Assembly (NCBI GenBank): GCA_944381175.1
Contig: CALWKD010000004.1
Span: forward strand, 4,326 to 68,325
Direction of reading: 5' to 3'
Source: an uncultured Clostridia bacterium
Lineage (GTDB): Bacteria > Bacillota > Clostridia > Christensenellales > UBA1242
Length of the DNA stretch: 64,000 bases
The position numbers were made by a program, and so were the translations under genes. How positions within the stretch are numbered: position 1 is the first letter of the stretch; each line of letters starts with the position of its first letter. The notes below the pieces were generated by a model. The model searched no databases and was not told where the DNA came from. It worked only from the letters and a program-made list of their open reading frames with translations. Shown here piece after piece: positions 56,821 to 64,000 of the stretch.

Positions 56821-57612
56821 ATGGCGAGGAAAATTGTTGTGACAAGTGGCAAGGGCGGAGTTGGAAAGACGACAATCTGTGCAAACCTTGGCGTTTACCT
56901 ATCCAAACTTGGCTTTCGCGTGGTTTTGCTTGATGTCGACATTGGATTAAACAATCTAGATGTGATTATGGGACTTGAGAGACAGGTGGTTTTTGACATA
57001 ACGGATGTGGTTTCTGGCAAGTGCAGGGTGCGTCAGGCACTTATTCAAGACCCAAATCATCCGTCGCTTTATCTTTTGCCGTCATCGCACACCTATTCGT
57101 CGAGCAAAATCACTGGCGAACACATAAAAAATGTTGTGGACATAATTGACCACTCTTTTGATTACATTTTGATTGACTGCCCTGCTGGAGTTGAGGCGGG
57201 GTTTCATCGTGCGGTTTATCCAGCAAACGAGGCAATCATCGTCGTGACTCCACACCTTTCAAGCATAAGAGATGCTGACAAAGTGGTGGGACTTTTGAGC
57301 ACATATAACATTGAAAGCAAAGGGCTTGTGATAAATCGTATGCGAGGTGACCTGCTTCTTTCTGGTGAGATGATGAACATTGAAAGCATCGTCAAAGCAA
57401 TGGATATCCCACTTTTGGGTGTGATTCCAGAAGATGACAAGGTGTCGAAGATGTCGTCGGAGGGGAGAATTATGACGGACGGAGAGAGCGTGAGGGCGTT
57501 CACCTTGCTTGCTGAAAACATCCACAATGGGAGCAAAAAAATTTATGACTGCACATACAAATATCGGGGACTTATGGGCTATTTCAAACGAAACATAAAG
57601 AAACTTGTTTAA
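56821..57612 (+). CDS. minD: septum site-determining ATPase MinD
   Basis: MARKIVVTSGKGGVGKTT deviant Walker A and a C-terminal amphipathic helix GLMGYFKRNIKKLV. Confidence 0.9.
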   Translation: MARKIVVTSGKGGVGKTTICANLGVYLSKLGFRVVLLDVDIGLNNLDVIMGLERQVVFDITDVVSGKCRVRQALIQDPNHPSLYLLPSSHTYSSSKITGEHIKNVVDIIDHSFDYILIDCPAGVEAGFHRAVYPANEAIIVVTPHLSSIRDADKVVGLLSTYNIESKGLVINRMRGDLLLSGEMMNIESIVKAMDIPLLGVIPEDDKVSKMSSEGRIMTDGESVRAFTLLAENIHNGSKKIYDCTYKYRGLMGYFKRNIKKLV

Positions 57613-57621
57613 GGAGGGATT

Positions 57622-57837
57622 ATGGAAAAAATTGACGAACTTATTATTCGAGACAAATTCACAAATTTGGAGCAGGTGTCTGAGATTTTGAAGGAGGAGA
57701 TGGCTTCTGTTGCAAGGAATTTCTTCCTTTTGTCAGATGATGTTGTTGTCAGATACAGAAGAGACAAAAATAATTTTGTATTTAACATCGAAATTCCTGT
57801 TGGGAGAATAAAACCCTTTGGAAATAGGCTGATTTAA
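57622..57837 (+). CDS. minE: cell division topological specificity factor MinE (short N-terminus)
   Basis: 71 aa immediately after minD. LEQVSEILKEEMASVARNFFLLSDDVVVRYRRD...FNIEIPV aligns with the MinE C-terminal domain. Confidence 0.7.
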   Translation: MEKIDELIIRDKFTNLEQVSEILKEEMASVARNFFLLSDDVVVRYRRDKNNFVFNIEIPVGRIKPFGNRLI

Positions 57838-57907
57838 TTTAAAATAAATCAAAATTAAAATGTTTTTCTCCACGATATTTAGAGATTTTCAGCATTTTTT
57901 ATTAAAT

Positions 57908-57937
57908 AAAAAAATACCAATTTTTTGGTATTTTCTT
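57908..57937. terminator. bidirectional intrinsic terminator
   Basis: aaaataccaa-tttt-ttggtatttt between convergent minE and degV-family genes. Confidence 0.7.
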
Positions 57938-57992
57938 TTATAATTTTTTATTTTATTATTTATTTAATTTTTACGCATTTTTTTAAATAATT

Positions 57993-58832
57993 TTAAGCAA
58001 AATAGACGAGACCATAGCAATTTGGACCAGCGTGAGTTCCTACGACGCAACCGATGTCATAAAGAGGTGTTGTCTCTGGGGTGATGCCAAACTGGTCGGC
58101 AACTTGGGAGATAAATCTTATTGCGTTTGCTTTGTTTGCAGAATAGCCAAAATAAATTGGATAATCTTTGTCACGCTTTTTGGCATAGTCAACCATAAAC
58201 TGATTTGCAGCCTTCTCTCCAACTTTTTTTGCGACCGTGTTGACCTTCCCGCCGTCGAGACTTATGATTGGTTTGATGTTCAGAGCGGAGGCAGCGATGT
58301 ATGCAGCACCAGACAATCTTCCGCCTTGTTTGAGATATTTCAAATCTCCAACGACCGCCAAGAGTCTGACTTTGCCTTTGAGGCGTTCAAGTTCATCAAT
58401 GACTTCTTGTGGTTGGGCATTTGGGTGGGACTTGATATATTTTACGATTTCCATAATGAGTGCACCCTCGGCAAAAGTTGTGCAACGAGAGTCGCAAACA
58501 TAACAATTTTTCATATTGAGATTTTCGACGGCATTTTTTGCCTGAGCAATCGTCCCAGCGAGGTCGGAGGAGATGACAATGGTCAAAACAAACCAATCTG
58601 GCTTGTTTACATAACCCTCAAAAGCGGACTCAAATTTGTATTGATTTGGTTGGCTTGTTTTTGGAATGATGCCAGTTGTCCTCATCTTTTCATAGAATTC
58701 CTCATTTGGCAGACCTTCTGGATAGAGTTCTCCATTGAAGTTGAGTTCGATTGGACAAATTGTTATGTCATTTTCCTTTGCAAATTCTTTTGGCATATCA
58801 ACTGATGCCTCAGTTACGATTTTGTATTTCAT
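57993..58832 (-). CDS. DegV family fatty-acid-binding protein
   Basis: I place the start at MKYKIVTEASVDMPKEF (ATG 58830-58832). Typical DegV length and layout. Confidence 0.88.
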   Translation of the reverse strand: MKYKIVTEASVDMPKEFAKENDITICPIELNFNGELYPEGLPNEEFYEKMRTTGIIPKTSQPNQYKFESAFEGYVNKPDWFVLTIVISSDLAGTIAQAKNAVENLNMKNCYVCDSRCTTFAEGALIMEIVKYIKSHPNAQPQEVIDELERLKGKVRLLAVVGDLKYLKQGGRLSGAAYIAASALNIKPIISLDGGKVNTVAKKVGEKAANQFMVDYAKKRDKDYPIYFGYSANKANAIRFISQVADQFGITPETTPLYDIGCVVGTHAGPNCYGLVYFA

Positions 58833-58933
58833 ATAAGCACCCCTATTCTCTTTCATTTTATCAAAAATTATCCTATAAATCAAATCAATTTGAAACTTTA
58901 CAACAAAAAACTTTCAAGATTTTTCTTGAAAGT

Positions 58934-60619
58934 TTAGTTTTTCTTGAATAATTGCTTTGTAAAGTTGTACAAAAGCCCAACAACAACCAAAAAGTATATA
59001 AGTGATATGAAGAAATTCCCATACGCGTAAAGCGAGGTCTTCAAAAATCCACTGCTCATTGTTGCTCCACCCAAGAAGGAGGTCAGGTCCGCGTGAATGA
59101 ATGGGAGCAGGCAATACCACAGTTGTCCATTGAGCAGAATGTTGCAAACTGTTGCTCCGACAAAAACGACTAATGTGATTGCAAACATCCAGTCAAACTT
59201 TCTTGAGACATTCATCATAAAGATTGTGAAAACCGCATAGAAGATTGCTTGGAGTTCAATTCCGACAAGTTTTATGAGGAAGAAAGCGAACGGCGAGATT
59301 GTGTAAACTGTTTGCAAATTGAAAACGGTCAAAATTCCATTTGGCAGGAAGCCGTAGAAGATTGCTCCCCAGACAAATGTGATAAGTCCAAACATAAGCA
59401 CGCAGAATGACGTTATGCTTAAAACCGCGATGAATTTGCCTGCGAAAACTTGGTTGAAGGTGACTTTTTGAGACAAAATCAAGTCCATCCTGCCGTTTCT
59501 TCTGTCAAGACCGAAGAGTTTGTAGGCGGTGAATATCCCAAATATAATCACTGCAAAACCAATCAAACTCATCATAAAATAAGCGTGGTCATAGGCGGTG
59601 GTTTGATAGGAGGCGGTGTTGAAGTTTAGTGCTCTTTGATAGTCTGTGTAATAGAGGTCCTCGTCCTCCAAGAAATATTTGGCGAGAGTAAGTTCCAGTT
59701 TTGTCTCTTCCAAACTGAAATCTTCATAACCATACAAATCTTCAATATCAATGGAGAGCCTGTCCATCAAAATTTTGTATTCATTTTCAATCGCTGACTT
59801 TGCACTTTCGCAGGTCAGTTTGTAATTTGTCGCAAGTGATTCCATTTTGTCCATATCATTTGTGTCTGTCGGACTTGCGAGTGAGTTGAGTGTGGTCATT
59901 TCGGCATAAATTGCCTGCAATTTTGCTTCCGCAGTTTCTATGTAATCAGTTGTGAAGTTTGCAAGGTGTATGCTGTCAACATTGAAAGTTTTTGCTTTTG
60001 TTGCGACCTGCTCCAACAAATCAAAGAAGTTTTTGCCAGAATACAAGGTGTGGAGAGCGTCCTCAATATTTGAAGAATTGCTTAGCGTTTCGGAGAAAAA
60101 TTCTGAAACTGCTTCCAATGTTTCCACTTGGCTTTCGGTGAGGATAAGTCGGCTGTGAAACTGCTCAAGTTCCTCGAAATCGCTTATGAAAATTTGTAAA
60201 TTGTTTGAAGCGGTGATGATTTCTTCGATGTTTTGGTTTGTGCTGTAGGAACATTCTCCAATCATATCAAATCTTTCCACTTCGTCCCAAATGTCCTCAA
60301 AAGTTTGGTTGATTTGGGTGAGTTCTTCTGCCTCAAGGCACTGCTCATTGTGCACATCAATCAAATGTTTTGCATCGGCGAAAATGCTGTCGAGGCTGGC
60401 TTTTGTGTCGTATCTATTGTCACTTGAGGAGAATGTTGAATAGACTTCGTTTGTTGTCTGTCCAGATAGTTTTGCGGAGTAAGTTGGAGTGTTTGGGATG
60501 TCATACGCAAAGCCCAAAATCAAGCAAACCACCAAAACGACAGCATACCCTATAAGAGTTATAGGGTTGAATGCGATTCTTTTGAAGTCATATCTTGCAA
60601 TTTGGAATACTTTGTTCAA
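58934..60619 (-). CDS. ABC-2-type transporter permease with large extracytoplasmic domain
   Basis: TTG start after aaggaggag, overlapping the ATPase stop by 4 nt. TM1, then a soluble alpha-helical insert of about 310 aa, then 5 C-terminal TM segments. Confidence 0.7.
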   Translation of the reverse strand: MNKVFQIARYDFKRIAFNPITLIGYAVVLVVCLILGFAYDIPNTPTYSAKLSGQTTNEVYSTFSSSDNRYDTKASLDSIFADAKHLIDVHNEQCLEAEELTQINQTFEDIWDEVERFDMIGECSYSTNQNIEEIITASNNLQIFISDFEELEQFHSRLILTESQVETLEAVSEFFSETLSNSSNIEDALHTLYSGKNFFDLLEQVATKAKTFNVDSIHLANFTTDYIETAEAKLQAIYAEMTTLNSLASPTDTNDMDKMESLATNYKLTCESAKSAIENEYKILMDRLSIDIEDLYGYEDFSLEETKLELTLAKYFLEDEDLYYTDYQRALNFNTASYQTTAYDHAYFMMSLIGFAVIIFGIFTAYKLFGLDRRNGRMDLILSQKVTFNQVFAGKFIAVLSITSFCVLMFGLITFVWGAIFYGFLPNGILTVFNLQTVYTISPFAFFLIKLVGIELQAIFYAVFTIFMMNVSRKFDWMFAITLVVFVGATVCNILLNGQLWYCLLPFIHADLTSFLGGATMSSGFLKTSLYAYGNFFISLIYFLVVVGLLYNFTKQLFKKN

Positions 60620-61542
60620 TTACGCTCCTCCTTGAAATAAGGGGTCAGATTTGCGAAAATTCGCTCCGATTTTTTGGTGAGATAGCCTGCTTTATGGACA
60701 GAAATCTTGTTTTTGGTGAAAAACCTTACGATGTCCGCCGTCAAATCTTCATCTGCTTCAAAAAGCACTTTTTTGCCCATAATTTTTACATCGATTCCAA
60801 ATTTTTCCATTATGAGTTTTCCGCAGTAGTGTGGATATTTGACTGAAATGAAAGCGAAGGTGTTTTCAGTGCTGTATTTTTCGCACTGTTTGTTTGTGAG
60901 GATGCTCTTCACCTTTCTGTTCTCCATAATGATAAATTTGTCGCAGAGTTTTTCAATAGGGGAATAATTCCTTGAGGACAAAATGACATCTGTCCCATTT
61001 TCTTGCAGTTCTCTTATGTAATCTTTCATATTTTGGACGCTTTCTGGTGGAAGTCCTTTGAAAGGGTCGTCAAAAATCATAAGTTTCGGTTTGTTTATAT
61101 AAGCAAGGGCGAGTGCCATAAGTTTTCTTTCATAATAAGACAGGAAGATGACACGCTTTTTCATCTTGCTGGCAAGGTTGAATTTGTTCAACGCAACCAA
61201 AATTTTCTGCTTGTCAACTTTTCCAGAAAGAGAGCACAAATAGACGAGGTTGTTCATCACAGTTTGGTATTTGAAGAAAACTGGTGGGTCAAGACAAATG
61301 CCGACATCGCTCAAAACTTTTGGGCTTTTTGTTATGTCTTTTCCAAACAAAAAGATTGAGCCATCACTGATTGGGAGCGACCCCGTGATTGCCTTTATCA
61401 AACTTGTTTTCCCTGACTGGTCCTCTCCAACAATTCCCAAACATTCTCCTTTTTTCATCGAAAAAGAGATATTCTTCACAAGGAAGCGGTCGTTTGCAAA
61501 AACGGAGAGATTTTGAACATCCAAAATTATTTCGTTTTCCAT
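60616..61542 (-). CDS. ABC transporter ATP-binding protein with degenerate catalytic motifs
   Basis: Walker A GEDQSGKTS. The signature reads LSYYE, Walker B reads LMIFDDP, and the H-loop reads SSRN. A C-terminal extra domain is present. Confidence 0.85.
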   Translation of the reverse strand: MENEIILDVQNLSVFANDRFLVKNISFSMKKGECLGIVGEDQSGKTSLIKAITGSLPISDGSIFLFGKDITKSPKVLSDVGICLDPPVFFKYQTVMNNLVYLCSLSGKVDKQKILVALNKFNLASKMKKRVIFLSYYERKLMALALAYINKPKLMIFDDPFKGLPPESVQNMKDYIRELQENGTDVILSSRNYSPIEKLCDKFIIMENRKVKSILTNKQCEKYSTENTFAFISVKYPHYCGKLIMEKFGIDVKIMGKKVLFEADEDLTADIVRFFTKNKISVHKAGYLTKKSERIFANLTPYFKEERN

Positions 61543-61549
61543 ATTCTAT

Positions 61550-61578
61550 ATTATATCAAATCTGAGTTTTAATGTAAA
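61550..61578 (-). promoter_or_regulatory. candidate promoter abutting the ABC ATPase start codon
   Basis: Minus strand reads TTTACA (61573-61578), 17 nt, TATAAT (61550-61555), then 7 nt to ATG (61540-61542). No SD. Confidence 0.45.
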
Positions 61579-61647
61579 GGTCTTTTTTGAATTTCCAAAA
61601 CATTATAAAAAAATCACAGACAAATTGCTTTTGGATGGTTTCCGCAA

Positions 61648-62181
61648 TCAGTCTGTGCTTACGAGGTTTTCATATATGTATTCATAAAAGTTTGGAGCAG
61701 ATTGTCGCCATTTTTTGCAAGCCTCTTCTGCGGACTGGCGGGTCGGGGCTTTGATTTGAATTTCAAACAGTGGAGAACTTATCAAACTCTCATAAATTCG
61801 CAAAGTGACTAGATACGAGCCGTCGTCCGCGTCGGTGTAATTTGCGTAATATTCCTGACTTTGCTTGATTGAGAGGCGGTTTGCTTTGCTGTATTCTGTG
61901 ATTTCGTCGCGAAGTTCGGCAGGCACCTTTTTGTAGAAATATGAAAGGCAATCTCTTCCTTCAAAGGTGAGGTTGTAACGCATTTCACCTTCTTTGCACT
62001 CCGTCTTGTATATCAGTTTTGCCTCTGAGAGTTGGTAAAGCAAATCGAGACAGTCCATATAGTTTATCCAGTTGTTTTTCACTGAACATATCTCAATTAT
62101 GGAGTTCTCCGTCAGAGGCATCTCCATTTTTTCCATAACAAACAAAATTATGAGTTTATTCGTGACTGCGTCGTAGTTCAT
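61648..62181 (-). CDS. DUF4364 family protein (winged-helix-like putative regulator)
   Basis: Start at MNYDAVTNKLIILFVMEKMEMPLTENSIIEI after ggagagaaa. This pattern is typical of Clostridial DUF4364 proteins. Confidence 0.7.
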   Translation of the reverse strand: MNYDAVTNKLIILFVMEKMEMPLTENSIIEICSVKNNWINYMDCLDLLYQLSEAKLIYKTECKEGEMRYNLTFEGRDCLSYFYKKVPAELRDEITEYSKANRLSIKQSQEYYANYTDADDGSYLVTLRIYESLISSPLFEIQIKAPTRQSAEEACKKWRQSAPNFYEYIYENLVSTD

Positions 62182-62322
62182 TTTCTCTCCGTTACTCATA
62201 AATAATAACACTAAAGCATAAAAAAATCAAATGTAATGAAAAATTTTCTTCATTTACTTTTGCAATTTGGTTTGTATTTTTGAGAGTTTGTGCTAAAATG
62301 TAAGGAAGTTATGGGAGGCTGT

Positions 62323-63144
62323 ATGGAAACAAAAAACATTTTGGATGTGGAAAGATTTGTTGTTGCCTGCAATGATATGCTCAGTGGAAAGTTTCTTGAT
62401 TTAAACAAAAAACTTGACAGATTTTTGTCTGTTATGATGCAAAGCGAAGATGTGGTCGACCTTTTGAGTGAGTGCTTGGAAGATTTTGACGAGGAAGAGG
62501 AATTTGCAAAAGCCTTTTTGATTGACAAAAAATCAGGAAATGCAAAGGTTGAGATTCCAACTGACGAGAAAAAGAGGTTGGCTCTTTCTGTGACCATTTT
62601 CAATGACCTCACAAATGGAAAATTGAACACGAATCAATTTTTGGAAACTTTTTTCCAAGATGGGAAACTTACTCCGACTCAAAATTTTTTGGAAAAAATA
62701 ATAAAACCATACAGAGATTTGATTTGCAAATTTTTTGCTCTTGACACAAACATAACTGTCGAAGATGTCAAAAGGCAGATTGAGGAAGAAAAAGTCTTGA
62801 AAAAAGAAGAAGAAAAGAAAGAGGAAGAGGAGCAATTTCCAAACCTTGACGAACTTCTCTCTGGAATTATCAAAACCTCAAATCAAATTCTTGCAATTTT
62901 GAAATTTGAAAAGAAGAGAACTGATACACTTGACGATGTGGAATTTATTGTAAATTCAATTTTGCAAGCGTGTGAGAAAAGAGATCTTATGGTGATAAAT
63001 GGGCTTGTGATTGGACTTAATTATGCCTCAAAGAAATTCAAAAACATCAGACATTTGGTTGAAGATTTAAACAATCAAATTTATGACTATTATGAATTTT
63101 TGGCTGGAGGTGACTCCGAAGAGCAAGAAGAGGATGAAGACTAA
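62323..63144 (+). CDS. hypothetical acidic protein (273 aa)
   Basis: Start at METKNILD after gggaggctgt. Central EEEKKEEEE stretch and an acidic C-terminus. I recognise no family. Confidence 0.55.
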   Translation: METKNILDVERFVVACNDMLSGKFLDLNKKLDRFLSVMMQSEDVVDLLSECLEDFDEEEEFAKAFLIDKKSGNAKVEIPTDEKKRLALSVTIFNDLTNGKLNTNQFLETFFQDGKLTPTQNFLEKIIKPYRDLICKFFALDTNITVEDVKRQIEEEKVLKKEEEKKEEEEQFPNLDELLSGIIKTSNQILAILKFEKKRTDTLDDVEFIVNSILQACEKRDLMVINGLVIGLNYASKKFKNIRHLVEDLNNQIYDYYEFLAGGDSEEQEEDED

Positions 63145-63202
63145 TTTTTGACTTCAAAAATCTTCAACAAAATAATTTTTATATTCTTTGAAAACTGAAA
63201 AT

Positions 63203-63242
63203 AAAAAAAAGATAATGCTCTGTCTGGCATTATCTTTTTTGT
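63203..63242. terminator. bidirectional intrinsic terminator
   Basis: aaagataatgc-tctgtctg-gcattatcttt, with an A-run before and a T-run after. Confidence 0.7.
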
Positions 63243-63267
63243 GTCAAAAATCTTTGACTGCACATTT

Positions 63268-63471
63268 TTAGTCCTCAAGTCCCAAGAGGTAGTCGGTTGT
63301 CACTTTGAAATATCTTGCAATTGTGACGAGCAAATCAAGGCTCGGATTTCGGTCTCCGCTTTCCCATTTTGCAATGGCGGACTGAGTGAAGCCAAGTTCT
63401 TTTGCTAGTTCCACTTGTGACAAACCTTTTTCCTCTCTCAATTCCTTAAACTTTGACGCAAATTTATTCAT
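63268..63471 (-). CDS. XRE family helix-turn-helix transcriptional regulator (67 aa)
   Basis: LREEKGLSQVELAKELGFTQSAIAKWESGDRNPSLDLL is a canonical HTH_3 sequence. Confidence 0.9.
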   Translation of the reverse strand: MNKFASKFKELREEKGLSQVELAKELGFTQSAIAKWESGDRNPSLDLLVTIARYFKVTTDYLLGLED

Positions 63472-63750
63472 AATAAAAGTATATGGCGAATTGGGATAAA
63501 ATACACAAACAATGACAAATTGCCATATTTTCTTATTTTTAATAAATCAATAAAATAAAGAAAAAAGTTGCATTTTTGCATATTTTTAAATTAAAAATTG
63601 AATACGTATGCAGTTTTTGTCAAAAAATTAACAAAAAAATAAAAATTATTAAAAATTGCAAAAAACAATTTAATTAAAGTTGAAAATATTTAAAAAATAA
63701 AAAGTAGTTGAAAATAAGATATTTTGTCCATATCAAACATATATTATGGT

Positions 63751-64000
63751 ATGAAAAAACATATTTTTTTGACGGTAAATTCTCGAAGTGCGATTTCAAA
63801 TTGCGTCATCGCATTGGTTTTGGTTTGTTTGTCACTTTTCACTTTTTATGGAGTGAATTATGTCAGGGTCTCCAAGGTTATCAATGGAGTTTATTACAGC
63901 GGGGATGAAAATTCAAACAAAGTCACTTTGATGATAAATGTTTATTGGGGGACGGAGTATCTTGATGATATGCTTGAGACTCTGAAAGAAAACGATGTCA
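63751..64000 (+). CDS. polysaccharide deacetylase (PdaA/PdaB-like), 3' end truncated by window edge
   Basis: MKKHIFLTVNSRSAISNCVIALVLVCLSLF (TM anchor), then ...NKVTLMINVYWGTEYLDDMLETLKENDV, the start of a NodB domain. Open to the window end and absent from the ORF track. Confidence 0.65.
   Translation, partial: MKKHIFLTVNSRSAISNCVIALVLVCLSLFTFYGVNYVRVSKVINGVYYSGDENSNKVTLMINVYWGTEYLDDMLETLKENDV

Noticed and set aside
58032-58805. 257-aa plus-strand ORF antisense to the DegV gene
   Set aside because: The opposite strand encodes a clearly recognisable DegV protein. The antisense translation is Cys/Trp/Phe-rich, has no SD and matches no family pattern.
1-64000. Search for tRNA, rRNA, CRISPR repeats, transposase, integrase or phage genes, and classical defence-system enzymes
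   Set aside because: I noticed no cloverleaf-type GTTCGAATC-like arms, no regularly spaced direct repeats, and no recombinase, RT, nuclease or methylase signatures in any translated ORF. The absence is by eye only and should be confirmed with tRNAscan-SE, CRISPR-finding and defence-system detection tools.

Overview
AT-rich, densely packed chromosomal segment with Firmicutes/Clostridia-type gene content and strong GGAGG-like ribosome-binding sites. I support about 55 protein genes on both strands. They cover core functions: pyruvate:ferredoxin oxidoreductase, truA, T-box-controlled thrS, yajC-secD-secF, tex, mcsA'-mcsB-clpC, hpf, murG, a type IIA topoisomerase B/A pair, gpmI, greA, RNase J, tsaE-tsaB, an mreB-like gene with minD-minE, DegV, and two sporulation-type polysaccharide deacetylases. 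Interspersed are lineage-specific genes: two giant envelope proteins (about 1625 and 1316 aa), lipoproteins, and low-complexity proteins. I saw no rRNA, tRNA, CRISPR array, transposase, integrase or phage module, so this reads as core genome rather than an accessory island. The items most worth a second look are: (1) a roughly 300-nt GC-enriched, hairpin-rich, non-coding-looking block in an unusually long 700-bp gap between yajC and the next gene, which I could not match to any RNA family from memory; (2) a protein-arginine-kinase/ClpC operon with no ctsR, a 46-aa minimal McsA and an inserted P-loop kinase; (3) several enzyme homologues with substituted catalytic residues, namely an HtrA-like protein, a Ppx/GppA-like protein, an MtaD-like amidohydrolase and two ABC ATPases; (4) a reduced mreB-minD-minE locus lacking mreCD and minC; (5) a topoisomerase A subunit with a 125-aa disordered N-terminal extension and no GyrA box; (6) two promoter-abutting start codons that suggest leaderless mRNAs. 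All functional calls come from reading the translations and motifs by eye. No database search was run.
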